Of a stretch of DNA of 64,000 nucleotides, positions 44,647-58,360 are shown piece by piece. Under the pieces are notes generated by a model, which was given only the letters and a program-made list of their open reading frames with translations, had not been told where the DNA came from and did no database searches. The stretch spans positions 66,774,001 to 66,838,000 of the forward strand of contig OZ024746.1 in assembly GCA_964016885.1 (NCBI GenBank). The letters run 5' to 3'. This stretch comes from Eledone cirrhosa. Taxonomy: Eukaryota. A program made the position numbers and the translations under genes. How positions within the stretch are numbered: position 1 is the stretch's first letter; the number at the start of each line of letters is the position of its first letter.

Positions 44647-44691
44647 GCTCTGACGAATCCTACGGTTACGTAAGGAAGAAACATTGTAAGC
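44647..44691 (+). ncRNA. Minimal type I hammerhead ribozyme near the 3' end of a ~350-bp insert between TA tracts
   Basis: GCT-CTGACGA-ATCCTACGGTTACGTAAGGAA-GAAA-CATTG-TA-AGC then AATAAA. Confidence 0.82.
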
Positions 44692-44736
44692 CAATAAAAA
44701 TATTTTGATGTTGTGGACGTTCTTGTGTTCTTTATC

Positions 44737-44779
<43 letters not shown>

Positions 44780-44866
44780 GGAAAAATTTGAACAGGAACA
44801 AAACAGAGAGGCTGTACAACGAATGTTTATTAATTTCACGCTCTGGAGAGTGGGGTGGTGGTGGGG

Positions 44867-44900
44867 AACGACGTTTCGGGCATAAGCGCTTCCTCAGGTG
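44867..44900 (-). ncRNA. Minimal hammerhead-like motif with a stem II mismatch
   Basis: Minus: CAC-CUGAGGA-AGCGCUUAUGCCC-GAAA-CG-UC-GUU; PLE-type GAAACGUC minimal stem III, very short stem I. Confidence 0.6.
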
Positions 44901-45002
44901 AGAAGTGTGTGGGAACAGAGTTCAAAGGGTATGTAGGGGAGTGGTGGAGAGACAGATAGCGAAAGGAAACGGTGCGAATGAAATAAAAAATAAAAAAAAT
45001 AA

Positions 45003-45049
<47 letters not shown>

Positions 45050-45070
45050 ATATATATATATATATATATA

Positions 45071-45127
<57 letters not shown>

Positions 45128-45165
45128 GCATATATATATATACATGTGTACATATATATATACTC

Positions 45166-45248
<83 letters not shown>

Positions 45249-45825
45249 CATATTTATATGCATATATGAATGTTAGTACGTATATGTTTATATTCATGTA
45301 TGTAAATGTAAGTTAGAGACATTAAGCACAAAATATCCCCCTCGCCGTTATTATCTTACAACTGGTATTACTCCTATTATATCTAATACTATTTATTATA
45401 AATGATATTATACGTATTACTACTAAAAGTATTACTTATGTTAATATCCCCTTTTGTTGTGTATCTCCTATGATTTCTACAACATGTATTTCGTTACCAT
45501 CATATATTAAGTCTGCGTTCTGGTACATTCGTCTACCCAACTTGATTTTATCTTCTTTACTGTTGAATAGCATCTAATTGAAAGAGCAAATTGTACAAAA
45601 ACAGAATGTCAATGGAATGGTCACCTTATACAATCCGAGAGAGATGCCAAGATGATTTATTGACTGCGACGCATTCTAATACTTGCTCTTTCACTCATTG
45701 AACCTATTCAAGTATCAAGCAGCACACAACATACCATTGATAGAAATATAACTCAACTGATACCTCTCACACACACACACACACACACTCTCTCTCTCTA
45801 TCTATCTATCTATCTATCTATCTAG

Positions 45826-45865
<40 letters not shown>

Positions 45866-45912
45866 ATATCTATCTCTCTATCTCTCTATCTATCTATCTC
45901 TCTCTCTCTCTC

Positions 45913-46074
<162 letters not shown>

Positions 46075-46124
46075 GGAACTCTGAAATATATATATATATA
46101 TGCATATATATATATGCATCTCTC

Positions 46125-46224
<100 letters not shown>

Positions 46225-46764
46225 AATAGGGAGATATAAGGAGAGAGATGGTTAGATAGATAGATAAATAGATAGATAGATAAGCGTGTGCTGAGTCTTG
46301 AGTGCGTGCATAAATGGAGCCACAGTAAAATGAGGGGATTAAGGGTTGGAATTTATGTGAATAAGTATCATTCTAAGTCTATGTTTGAATGACAGACTGA
46401 ATAAAAATGTTTTTTTTTTGTTTTTTGTTCTTAAATCCTCTAATGTCAAGCATTAAAGCAAACACATCTAGTACCAGAGTCGGAATTGCTATCAAAATCT
46501 ATATAAATATATATATATATATGTGTGTGTGTGAGTATCTATATAAAAAGATATATGATTGTGAGTGTGTCTGTCTGCAGAGGCATGCAACATACCTCCG
46601 TCGTTTCCGAAGACAAAGGATACAAACGTTGACAAGACTAGTCCATTTAGTTTCAAATGAAATACGTTTTCAAGCTGAGTGAACAGCAGTAACATTACAT
46701 AGAGCTCTTTACGCAGTCAAAGGACGGGACTCCTAAACGCGAGCGTAGAACAAAGAAGGAGTGG

Positions 46765-46938
46765 TAAGATACCTCGTGGACCAAAACGCCCCAGAGTACT
46801 CGATACTTAGGGTAGTAGAGTGGGTAATATGAAAAGAGTCAGGACCCCGTCGGCTGAGCTCTGGCCGTTTCGACAGCTAGATGCGAACGGATCTAGCTGT
46901 CGAAACGGCCGGATCTCAGCCGTCGGGGTGCTGACTTT

Positions 46939-46945
<7 letters not shown>
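46765..46945. mobile_element. Short fold-back fragment of the 16.5-kb family (3' half of HHR only)
   Basis: Palindrome centred ~46885 with GAAA-CGGC..GCCG-TC; tail matches 17600-17680. Confidence 0.85.
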
Positions 46946-46979
<34 letters not shown>

Positions 46980-46980
<1 letters not shown>

Positions 46981-47175
46981 CGAAGGAAATGTGGTAAGGA
47001 ACCAGATGGATCATAACGCACCAAAGTACTCAATACTTAGGGTAGTAGAGTGGGTAATAGGAACAAATAGGACCCCGACGGCTGAGCTCAAGCCGTTTCG
47101 ACGGGCTAATTCTGGACTCCAGAATTAGCCGTCGAAACGGTTTGAGCTCAGCCGTCGGGGTCCTACTTGTTCCTA
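46980..47175. mobile_element. Second fold-back fragment of the same family
   Basis: Palindrome centred ~47117, GAAACGGTTTGAGCTCAGCCGTCGGGGTCC. Confidence 0.85.
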
Positions 47176-47752
47176 TATATATATATATCTAGTAATAAGA
47201 ATATTTATATTTGTGTATGTTTAATACAATTATAAATATGGAGGGTAGTACTAAGTACTAGCCGGTTACCGGTATCACGTGTTTGCATTACACCTCACAT
47301 AACATATACCTACATTATCACCATATGTCTCTCTAACAAGTTGCACGCTACCTTAAACATTTCTAACACTTATAACATGCTTTAACATCCCACACGAAAT
47401 ATATTTATTTCAACTGCATTATAACTCTTTCTTCATACATGCCTTATTGATTGTATTGACTCCTGCATTCTGAACCCATAACATTAACTGTTCTCCAATG
47501 TTAAGATATCTTATATCTTATATCTTATGTGTATCCAATCCCACATTTTTCCTTGCTTATAACTGTTTTTCCTGTACTTGTTGCTTATACCTCTTACACT
47601 TTCAACCAGTGCTGCCTGTAATTGTGTCGTCTCAGGCATAACATCTTTTTAACTCCTGACTCTCCACGTGATATCTATGACACTAACAACAATTATGTAC
47701 GCTAAATGTTCTGAATGACTAGGATTTTAGTCATATGTTTTGACATTTCCTA

Positions 47753-47799
47753 TGCTCCGATGATTCCAGACTTCCCTCTGGAAGAAACAATTATCAGCA
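47753..47799 (+). ncRNA. Type I hammerhead ribozyme, U4C variant, near the 3' end of a ~650-bp insert
   Basis: TGCT-CCGATGA-TTCCAGA-CTTCCC-TCTGGAA-GAAA-CAATTA-TC-AGCA then AATAAA; stem III mismatch. Confidence 0.72.
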
Positions 47800-47850
47800 A
47801 ATAAATGTTCTAAACTAAAATTTGATGTTCTATCACTTTGTATATATACA

Positions 47851-47894
<44 letters not shown>

Positions 47895-48751
47895 GTTCTA
47901 TTTAAATTGTTGGGATACAACAAGCAAATATTTTTATATCTGATATATACAAATTATTTGAGTAAAAATACGATAAATGGAAACTATATTTATAAATCCA
48001 TATTTATTTCAAGGACACCAAGTTAAATTATGGTGTGCTTTCATCAGTTAAAATATAATATAGATCAGTTTTATAAATACATATTGACATACCCTTAAAG
48101 AATGCTACCATTTCTGTTGGAAGCTCCCGGATAGTGGGGTTATTAAATTTACTTAGTCTATTATACAAATTAGTGTCGGATATGTTTAAACCACAGTAGA
48201 TTTTAAATAAGCCGTTGGGGTATGGAAAAGGGGAAAGAAAAGAAAGAGAAAAAAGAGAAAAAAAAGAAAAGATCAAAATCTAAGAGGAAAATAAGAAAAC
48301 AAGAGAAAGAGAAAGAGAAAGAGAAAGAGAAAGAGAAGAGAAATAGAAGAAAAAAGAAAAAAGAAAAAACAGAAAAAGAAAAACAGAAAAAAGAAAAAGA
48401 AAAAAGAAAAAAAAGAAGAAAAAAAAGAAAGAGAAAGAGAAAGAGAAAGCTCTAAGTGATAGGTTGTTGTATTAGCGTAACTTTTAAGATGAAGTGAAAA
48501 AATAAATATTTATTGGATGAGTTAGGAAGAGTAAATAAGCGTGAATAGAAAATAAATAAATAATAATAACTGGAGAATTTTAACCAGTGTTTAAATATGA
48601 TTAAATGTTTAGTTTATCAATTAAATTATCAATTAAATTATTGAGATCTATACATTAAAATTGAGATCTATATATTATTAAAAGATCTATATATTATTAA
48701 AAAATCTATATATTATTAAAAAAATATATTCATATATATACATACGCACAT

Positions 48752-48785
<34 letters not shown>

Positions 48786-49252
48786 ATATACATACAGATA
48801 CATATATATACATACAATAAAAGATTTTTTATGTTTAAGATATATGAATTTTTCTAAACTTATAGATTTTTCGGAGAAATCAGAGAAAAAATCGGAGAAA
48901 AATCATTTCTATGTAATAGCAAAACAGCGTGAAGGAAATTAAATTATTTACTTATATTAAATGTTATAAATGTTAAGATAATAAAGGAAATTTAAGATTA
49001 TACAAACATTATATTATTTAATAGTAAGTTATAATTTTATAAATTTCATAAATTTTATATCTAATAAATCCACCTGTTATGTAGTTGTGACTGTTATTAT
49101 ATAAGTTTGTTTAGCATAAACCGTAAGAAATCGCTTATAACAGAGTGCATTCGAATTGTATGTATATATACATATACACAAACGCCACATAGATACACAT
49201 ACATATATGTACACATACCGGTAGACATGCATCATACATATATATATATATA

Positions 49253-49315
49253 TAACAAGGGCGGTGCCCCAGTATGGCCTCAGCCGGATGGCTGAAACAG
49301 GTAAAAGAGTAAAAT
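49253..49315 (+). mobile_element. 3' tail fragment of a second SINE type
   Basis: GGCGGTGCCCCAGTATGGCC...GGCTGAAACAGGTAAAAGAGTAAAA; family recognised from memory. Confidence 0.5.
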
Positions 49316-49320
49316 ATATA

Positions 49321-49541
49321 TATATCCAAAATTAAGATAAATTAAATGAATTCAATCTAAATCGAAATTGTGGGTGTCATGCCTTAACGGCGTGCGCCAT
49401 ATCGCCCGGAAAATAAGCTCAAAGACTTTTACAAAGTCTTTGAGCTTATTTTCCGGGCGATATGGCGCACGCCGTTAAGGCATGACACCCACAATTTCGA
49501 TTTAGATTGAATTCATTTAATTTATCTTAATTTTGGATATA
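49321..49541. repeat. Perfect 109-bp-arm palindrome, 3-nt loop
   Basis: 49321-49429 is the reverse complement of 49433-49541. Confidence 0.95.
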
Positions 49542-49974
49542 GATATATAAATATGGCTTCTTGATTGTAAAGCTAACTCTGTTGAAAGGAATTGACTGCT
49601 ATTTCTAGTTGTCGAATACCTATTCACGCCACTGAGACGAAGCCGCTGTGATGTGTAAAAACAACACGTGGTAGCGGCCAGTTGAGGATTTTGACTCGAA
49701 GTGTAAACATGGATTGCTGTATTATTGTCCTTCCTTGTTGATAATCCAATAATATCCACTTTCTCTGACTTACCATCTGATTAATTGGTGAAATATATTT
49801 CTTTAATGAAATATTATTCAGGGAAGATTAAAAGGTATCTATTTTTGAAGTTCTAGTTAACTTTATTTATTTGTTACCTACTAGCCATGCGTGGTTACAC
49901 GCTTGTAAAAATTATCTCCTGTGATTATTCATGTTTATATTTATTTATATATATGTTGATCAATTTCTAGTTAT

Positions 49975-50100
<126 letters not shown>

Positions 50101-50438
50101 GAAATATAAAGTACTTAGTATAATTAAAGTACATAATATATAAAATAAAATAAAAATGAATTATAGTTTTAAAAGGAATTACGATTTGTAAATATATTCT
50201 TACAATGTTAAGCAATATAAATTTAAAGCAATATAATTTTTAAAAATATTTTAAAATATTTTAGGATATAATTTTGAAAGAAGGATATGTCTAAAAAATT
50301 CAGTATAAAATGAATTTAAATTTTTTTTATATATAATATAATATTTAACTCTCAGTATGTTTATCTTAATTTTTATAACCATATGAGAAATTTTCAAAGA
50401 GAAACTTTCAAAAATAGGAGAAACTTTCAAAGAAAATA

Positions 50439-50640
50439 TCCAGCTTATTATGGGACCTTAAATTAAGGAACGTTAAATATTCGTTACTTTGGAATATTAT
50501 TTCAAAAGCTACTCCATTTAACTCCTCTTCCGAAAATTGCGATCTTTGTATAGAGGAAATATTCTTTATATTAAAAAGCAAAAATTCCCTGAACGTAAGA
50601 AGCAATCTTTTCAGTTGCTGCAAACATAGATTGAATATAA
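50439..50640 (+). pseudogene. C-terminus of PLE GIY-YIG endonuclease (not in the ORF track, no start codon)
   Basis: Open frame SSLLWDLKLRNVKYSLLWNIISKATPFNSSSENCDLCIEEIFFILKSKNSLNVRSNLFSCCKHR, matching the W..I..A.PY...C.LC..E...LN.RS.L...CRH pattern. Confidence 0.82.
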
Positions 50641-51130
50641 ATTTAAAATGTAATATATATCTCATTCTATTAAATATATTGAACCTATCGATAAATCATT
50701 AGATTCCTTCATTTGACTGCTTAAAAGTCTCATTATAAAAAAAAAATTTTCCTAGAAAATTTTTCTCGATAAACATACTTAAAGCTCTTAACAGGGGAAA
50801 ATATTTTCTTTGAAAGTTTTTCCTATTTTTGAAAGTTTCTGTTTGAAATTTTCTCATATGGTAATAAAAATTAAGTTAAACGTACTGAGAGTTAAATATA
50901 TTATATATAAAAAAAATGTTAATTCATTTTTATACTGAATTTTTTAGACATATTCTTATTTTAAAATTATATGCTAAATAGTTTTTAAATATTATTTAAA
51001 ATAATATTGCTTTAAAGTTATATTGCTTAAAATTGTAAGAATATATTTCCAAATCGTAATTCCTTTTAAAACTATAATTCATTTTTATTTTATTTTATAT
51101 ATTATGTACTTTAATTATACTATGTACTTT

Positions 51131-51226
<96 letters not shown>

Positions 51227-52384
51227 CATGTCTACCGGTATGTGTACATATATGTATGAGTATCTATGTAGGGGTTGTGTATATGTATATATACATACAA
51301 TTCGAATGCACTCTGTTATAAACGATTTATTACGGTTTATGTTAAACAAACTTATATAATAACAGTCACAACTACATAACAGGTGGATTTATTATACATA
51401 AAATTTATAAAATTTATAAAATTATAACTTACTATTAAATAATATAAGGTTTGTATAATCTTAAATTTCCTATATTAGCTTAACATTTATAACATTTAAT
51501 ATGAGTAAATAACTTAATTTCCTTCACGCTGTTTTGCTATTACATAGAAATGATTTTTCTCCGATTTTTTCTCTGATTTCTCCGAAAAATCTATAAGATT
51601 AAAAAAATTCCTATATCTTAAACATAAAAAATCTTTTATTGTATGTATATATATGTATCTGTATGTATATATATATGTATATGTATATATATATATGTGT
51701 GTGCGTATGTATATATATGAATATATTCTTTTAATAATATATAGATATTTTTATAATATATAGTTTTTTTAAATAATATATAGATCTCAATTTTAATGTA
51801 TAGATCTCAATAATTTAATTGATAATTTAATTGATAAACTATACATTTAATCATATTTAAACACTGGTTAAAATTCTCCAGTTATTATTATTTATTTATT
51901 TTCTATTCACGCTTATTTACTCTTCCTAACTCATCCAATACATATTTATTTTTTCACTTCATCTTAAAAGTTACGCTAATACAACAACCTATCAATTAGG
52001 GCTTTCTCTTTCTCTTTCTCTTTCTCTTTCTCTTTCTGTTTTTCTTTTTTTTTTTTTCTTTTTTTTTTTTCTTTTTATTCTTTTTATTTTTTTTTTTTCT
52101 TTCTATTTCTCTTTCCCCTTTCTCTTTCTCCTTCTCTTGTTTTCCTTATTTTTCTCTTAGAGTTTGATCTTTTCTTTTTTTTTTCTTTTTTCTCTATCTT
52201 TTCTTTCCCTTTTTCCATACTCCAACGGCTTATTTAAAATCTACTGTGGTTTAAACATATCCGACACTAATTTGCATAATAGACTAAATAAATTTAATAA
52301 CCCCACTATCCGGGAGCTTCCAACAGAAATGGTCGCATTCTTTAAGGGTATGTCAATATTTATTTATAAAACTGTTCTATATTA

Positions 52385-52449
52385 TATTTTATCTGATGAA
52401 AGCACACCATAATTTAACTTGGTGTCCTTGAAATATGTATAATGAAATA
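52385..52449 (+). ncRNA. Type I hammerhead ribozyme at the 3' end of the 48-52.5-kb PLE
   Basis: TATTTTAT-CTGATGA-AAGCACACCA...TGGTGTCCTT-GAAA-TATGTA-TA-ATGAAATA; the left-arm copy (~48003-48055, minus) lacks stem III and the cleavage site. Confidence 0.85.
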
Positions 52450-52510
52450 ACTATGGATTTATAAATATAGTTTCCATTTATTAATATATCGTATATATAT
52501 ATATATATTC

Positions 52511-52608
<98 letters not shown>

Positions 52609-52852
52609 TTACATTGCTACTTCGGAACTGAAAATAGTTATTCTAATACTTAAGTAAATAAATACTTTACAATATTACCCTGCATCTAAATGAAAAGTCG
52701 TTTAGTAATTATTTTTACTACTTTCCACTAACAAATTTTTGAAAGTTACGCCAACTTTAATTTGAAATAATACATGTGAAGTATAATATGGAAGGCATCA
52801 TATTTATGGCGTCAACGTATGTCATCCTTGGTGTTCCTTTTCCAGTGTGTCC

Positions 52853-52902
<50 letters not shown>

Positions 52903-52965
52903 CTGTTTTCACATATATATACATACAGAGAGAGAGACAGAGAGACAGCGAGAGAGAGGGGGGAC

Positions 52966-53003
<38 letters not shown>

Positions 53004-53015
53004 GAGAGAGAGAGA

Positions 53016-53117
<102 letters not shown>

Positions 53118-54854
53118 AAATCATACATAGATGCATAAGAATATTATATATGAGATTCTCGAATATTGAGTTTTCAAAATGGACTACAGAAATATGAATA
53201 GTAAGGAAACAAAGGTAGACTGATCTTCATATTTACCTTCTTATATGGCCTTATATGAAGCTGTAAGTATACAAGCGTAGGTAAACATAACATGAAATGT
53301 TTGTTTTTATATTATATTCCACGCAAACATATTCATTAGTATAATCTTCTACCATGAAACAAAACTTAGAATATAGAAGGATCTCCGCAACTTCACTGAT
53401 CATATTCCAAATTGAATAAAATAAAAGAAGCTGAAAAGATAATTCCAATGAAGAAAAGATACATGAAATGAAAACTGCCACTTTCCCTGATGAATATTGT
53501 CACGTTCTAGCTTACAGCTCCACAATAAAATTTCCCTTCGCTGAAGAGTAACTTATTGACTAATGATGTCGTTTTTTTTTTTGAATAGTTGACAAAACGT
53601 CCTTAAGATATGCATAAAAACCGATTATATGGATTCAGTATTTCTATATAAAGAGACCACTCATTCTAATATATATTTTCAATATATCCATATATTTATA
53701 TATTTATGTATGGACCCGTAACTCCTGGTTGACTTCTAGGGTCACTGTAGTGACATACTCAAACTATTGATTAGAATGGGCGCTTCAAAATTTTAAACGA
53801 AGCATGCATTTCCCGGCATGCATTTTAATCCAAGCATGCATTTCCCGGTCTAAACACACCAGTTTAATCCAGAGACTGTGAGATTGATAATGGCCTGGGA
53901 CTTTCTTATCGAGTTCGAAGTAATCAAAAGCGAAGTTGATATCGGCAAGATTTGAGAACCGTAATTAACACCACAAATATTCTAAACCACGTTGTAACAG
54001 CACTGCAATTTCGCCACCTCCTAGATCTATAAATAAAATATAGTTTAATACCGCAATCTCAGCTATTCTCATTCAAGTCATAACACGAGCTGAGTGTTCT
54101 ATTAACTAGTCAAAGAACGAGTGTTTCTCATGTGCGTTTTTCTTACTTTCATCATCATTATCTAACAGTTGGAGGAACCTGTATCTCACAGAGGAACCCG
54201 CAGAGTAATAGTGATAATAAGTTATTTGATCTGCTTTCGGAAAACCAAAACTCACTATTATGCTTTTGCGTAATTATTTCTAAATTACTCAATGTTATAA
54301 AGAAACACATGTATACATACATATAAAAAGATTATATTTAAATAACGATATTCTATATATCTATGAATTCAGTTGCGAGACAGTTCTGAAAGATTCGCGA
54401 TGTTAAAATTGAAATCCTATCAACGCATAGAATGAAATGAAACTGTATTTTATTTAATATTTTCAATCGGGGTTAGGTTCTTTTTCTTGACATAAATTAT
54501 AGCGTTAGTTATTGGTCGAAGGAGAGAAAGTTGAAGCTTAACCAAGCTGAAGATATCGTTATAGTTACTCAGACGAAGCTGGAGGCGAGAGAGAAGTAAA
54601 CAAAAGGGGAATAATAAAAGAGTAGCCTCACACTCATGAACTTGTCTCGGTCAGTGCGAAATAGCTTTAGAGTATAAACCTATACGGATCATTATATATA
54701 TTTTCAATTCTAGGTTTTCAGAATGTTACGGCAGTCTCTCTCTCCCGCTCTCTCTCCCTCTCTCTCTCTCTCTTTCTCTCTTTCTCTCTCTCCATCTCAT
54801 ATATATATACATATATGCATATATATGTATATATGTATATATACATATTTGTGT

Positions 54855-54886
<32 letters not shown>

Positions 54887-54931
54887 ACATATATATACGC
54901 ACACACACATATATATATATTTATACATATA

Positions 54932-55015
<84 letters not shown>

Positions 55016-55027
55016 TATATGTATATA

Positions 55028-55058
<31 letters not shown>

Positions 55059-55061
<3 letters not shown>

Positions 55062-55540
55062 CCGTACTATGAGTGAGAAATGAAATTTCGTTTCATTCTT
55101 TTCCATTTATCGTTTTCGGTATGTCCGGCTGACTAACTAACTCGGTATGCAAATTAGGCTGCTCAGCCGTTAATATGCATAAAGAGAGAGTATAAACTTT
55201 CAAACGTTCAATCATCTGACAGAAAGGTATACGATGCTGACGATAGCTAATAAGCTTGAAACTAGTACATCGTTCCGGTGTCAGTGTTGGACAAAAGGGT
55301 GACGATGGTTGCCGAGCACTGTACGGCGTAATTCGGGCTGTTTGTTTACAAACAAATCCAACACTATAATAAATGTTCGGTAACCCATACGTACATATAT
55401 ATATATATATGTGTGCATGTATGTATATATATACATACTACTGTACGTCTGTACATATATATGTATATACGTATTTATACTTATATTTAAGTTGCAGCCG
55501 TACTATGAGTGATAAATGAAATTTCGTTTCATTATTTTCC

Positions 55541-55542
<2 letters not shown>
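55059..55542 (+). mobile_element. 436-bp HHR monomer with 48-bp terminal direct repeat, between (TA)n tracts
   Basis: CAGCCGTACTATGAGTGA.AAATGAAATTTCGTTTCATT.TTTTCCAT at 55059 and 55495. Confidence 0.88.
55231..55273 (+). ncRNA. Minimal type I hammerhead ribozyme, canonical core
   Basis: ACGATG-CTGACGA-TAGCT-AATA-AGCTT-GAAA-CTAG-TA-CATCGT; palindromic stem III ACTAGT; predicted cleavage after 55267. Confidence 0.92.
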
Positions 55543-55564
<22 letters not shown>

Positions 55565-55571
<7 letters not shown>

Positions 55572-58248
55572 TTAGAAACACACAGATACATGCGGACACA
55601 CACATATATACATGAATGCATCCGCACCCAACTGTGAGTTAAGGGTGCCAACTTCACCGATGTTGCTCAATGAATGACTGGGACAGACCAATTCAGTTGA
55701 ACTAGACTGAACCAGTATCAGAGTTAAAAATACATTATGAAGAGAGAAGAAACATTTAGATATAATTAGTAATAAAATGTATCATACCTAAACTGCTCCT
55801 AAATTCCTCGACTACGTAGTTTCGTGGCATAAACAAAAACAATATATCAAAGATATAGAGTCCTTGCGAGGTCTGCCGACTTATCAAGAGGATACCTCAT
55901 TTTACTAGTCTCAAGAACGCGTCTACACGACGTGAGAAAGAATCCCAAAAGGCGGAGGGGGAGATAGTCACGCGATATAACGGTCGAGAAACAGAGCTAA
56001 GCCTCCTATAACCACGAAGAAAATACCACGGAGGCGGAGGGGGTATTCATATCGAGGCCGTAGAAGAGGTGGTGAAGAAGGCGAAAAGTATGAGTAATGG
56101 AAGCTTTCCAGTTGTCCCCACACTTCAAAGATTGCTCGACCAGAGGGAGTTATTAACAATATATTTAGAAACACACAGATACATGCGGACACACACATAT
56201 ATACATGAATGCATCCGCACCCAACTGTGAGTTAAGGGTGCCAACTTCACCGATGTTGCTCAATGAATGACTGGGACAGACCAATTCAGTTGAACTAGAC
56301 TGAACCAGTATCAGAGTTAAAAATACATTATGAAGAGAGAAGAAACATTTAGATATAATTAGTAATAAAATGTATCATACCTAAACTGCTCCTAAATTCC
56401 TCGACTACGTAGTTTCGTGGCATAAACAAAAACAATATATCAAAGATATAGAGTCCTTGCGAGGTCTGCCGGCTTATCAAGAGGATACCTCATTTTACTA
56501 GTCTCAAGAACGCGTCTACACGACGTGAGAAAGAATCCCAAAAGGCGGAGGGGGAGATAGTCACGCGATATAACGGTCGAGAAACAGAGCTAAGCCTCCT
56601 ATAACCACGAAGAAAATACCACGGAGGCGGAGGGGGTATTCATATCGAGGCCGTAGAAGAGGTGGTGAAGAAGGCGAAAAGTATGAGTAATGGAAGCTTT
56701 CCAGTTGTCCCCACACTTCAAAGATTGCTCGACCAGAGGGAGTTATTAACAATATATTTAGAAACACACAGATACATGCGGACACACACATATATACATG
56801 AATGCATCCGCACCCAACTGTGAGTTAAGGGTGCCAACTTCACCGATGTTGCTCAATGAATGACTGGGACAGACCAATTCAGTTGAACTAGACTGAACCA
56901 GTATCAGAGTTAAAAATACATTATGAAGAGAGAAGAAACATTTAGATATAATTAGTAATAAAATGTATCATACCTAAACTGCTCCTAAATTCCTCGACTA
57001 CGTAGTTTCGTGGCATAAACAAAAACAATATATCAAAGATATAGAGTCCTTGCGAGGTCTGCCGACTTATCAAGAGGATACCTCATTTTACTAGTCTCAA
57101 GAACGCGTCTACACGACGTGAGAAAGAATCCCAAAAGGCGGAGGGGGAGATAGTCACGCGATATAACGGTCGAGAAACAGAGCTAAGCCTCCTATAACCA
57201 CGAAGAAAATACCACGGAGGCGGAGGGGGTATTCATATCGAGGCCGTAGAAGAGGTGGTGAAGAAGGCGAAAAGTATGAGTAATGGAAGCTTTCCAGTTG
57301 TCCCCACACTTCAAAGATTGCTCGACCAGAGGGAGTTATTAACAATATATTTAGAAACACACAGATACATGCGGACACACACATATATACATGAATGCAT
57401 CCGCACCCAACTGTGAGTTAAGGGTGTCAACTTCACCGATGTTGCTCAATGAATGACTGGGACAGACCAATTCAGTTGAACTAGACTGAACCAGTATCAG
57501 AGTTAAAAATACATTATGAAGAGAGAAGAAACATTTAGATATAATTAGTAATAAAATGTTTCATACCTAAACTGCTCCTAAATTCCTCGACTACGTAGTT
57601 TCGTGGCATAAACAAAAACAATATATCAAAGATATAGAGTCCTTGCGAGGTCTGCCGTCTTATCAAGAGGATACCTCATTTTACTAGTCTCAAGAACGCG
57701 TCTACACGACGTGAGAAAGAATCCCAAAAGGCGGAGGGGGAGATCATCACGCGATTTAACGGTCGAGAAACAGAGCTAAGCCTCCTATAACCACGAAGAA
57801 AATACCACGGAGGCGGAGGGGGTATTCATATCGAGGCCGTAGAAGAGGTGGTGAAGAAGGCGAAAAGTATGAGTAATGGAAGCTTTCCAGTTGTCCCCAC
57901 ACTTCAAAGATTGCTCGACCAGAGGGAGTTATTAACAATATATTTAGAAACACACAGATACATGCGGACACACACATATATACATGAATGCATCCGCACC
58001 CAACTGTGAGTTAAGGGTGCCAACTTCACCGATGTTGCTCAATGAATGACTGGGACAGACCAATTCAGTTGAACTAGACTGAACCAGTATCAGAGTTAAA
58101 AATACATTATGAAGAGAGAAGAAACATTTAGATATAATTAGTAATAAAATGTATCATACCTAAACTACGTAGTCGAGGAATTTAGGAGCAGTTTAGGTAT
58201 GATACATTTTATTACTAATTATATCTAAATGTTTCTTCTCTCTTCATA

Positions 58249-58252
<4 letters not shown>
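55565..58252 (-). repeat. HHR-bearing tandem array: 593-bp monomer x~4.4 (55565-58166) plus ~90-bp inverted tail, flanked by (TA)n
   Basis: Unit starts at 55565, 56158, 56751, 57344, 57937; near-identical copies. Confidence 0.95.
55805..55892 (-). ncRNA. Type I hammerhead ribozyme, U3-A8 variant (also at 56398-56485, 56991-57078, 57584-57671)
   Basis: Minus: UCCUC-UUGAUAA-GUCGGCA...UGCCAC-GAAA-CUACGUAG-UC-GAGGA; palindromic stem III ACUACGUAGU; GUC triplet. Confidence 0.85.
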
Positions 58253-58317
<65 letters not shown>

Positions 58318-58320
58318 TTC

Positions 58321-58360
<40 letters not shown>

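Noticed and set aside
48222-48455. Lys/Glu/Arg-rich ORF
   Set aside because: Low-complexity purine tract inside the PLE inverted arm
55968-57977. Repeated 73-76 aa ORF in each 593-bp monomer
   Set aside because: No recognisable domain; repetition only reflects the array; starts in a CA/TG-rich stretch
55565-58166. Tandem arrays as CRISPR, rDNA or snRNA clusters
   Set aside because: No repeat-spacer structure and no recognisable rRNA/snRNA sequence
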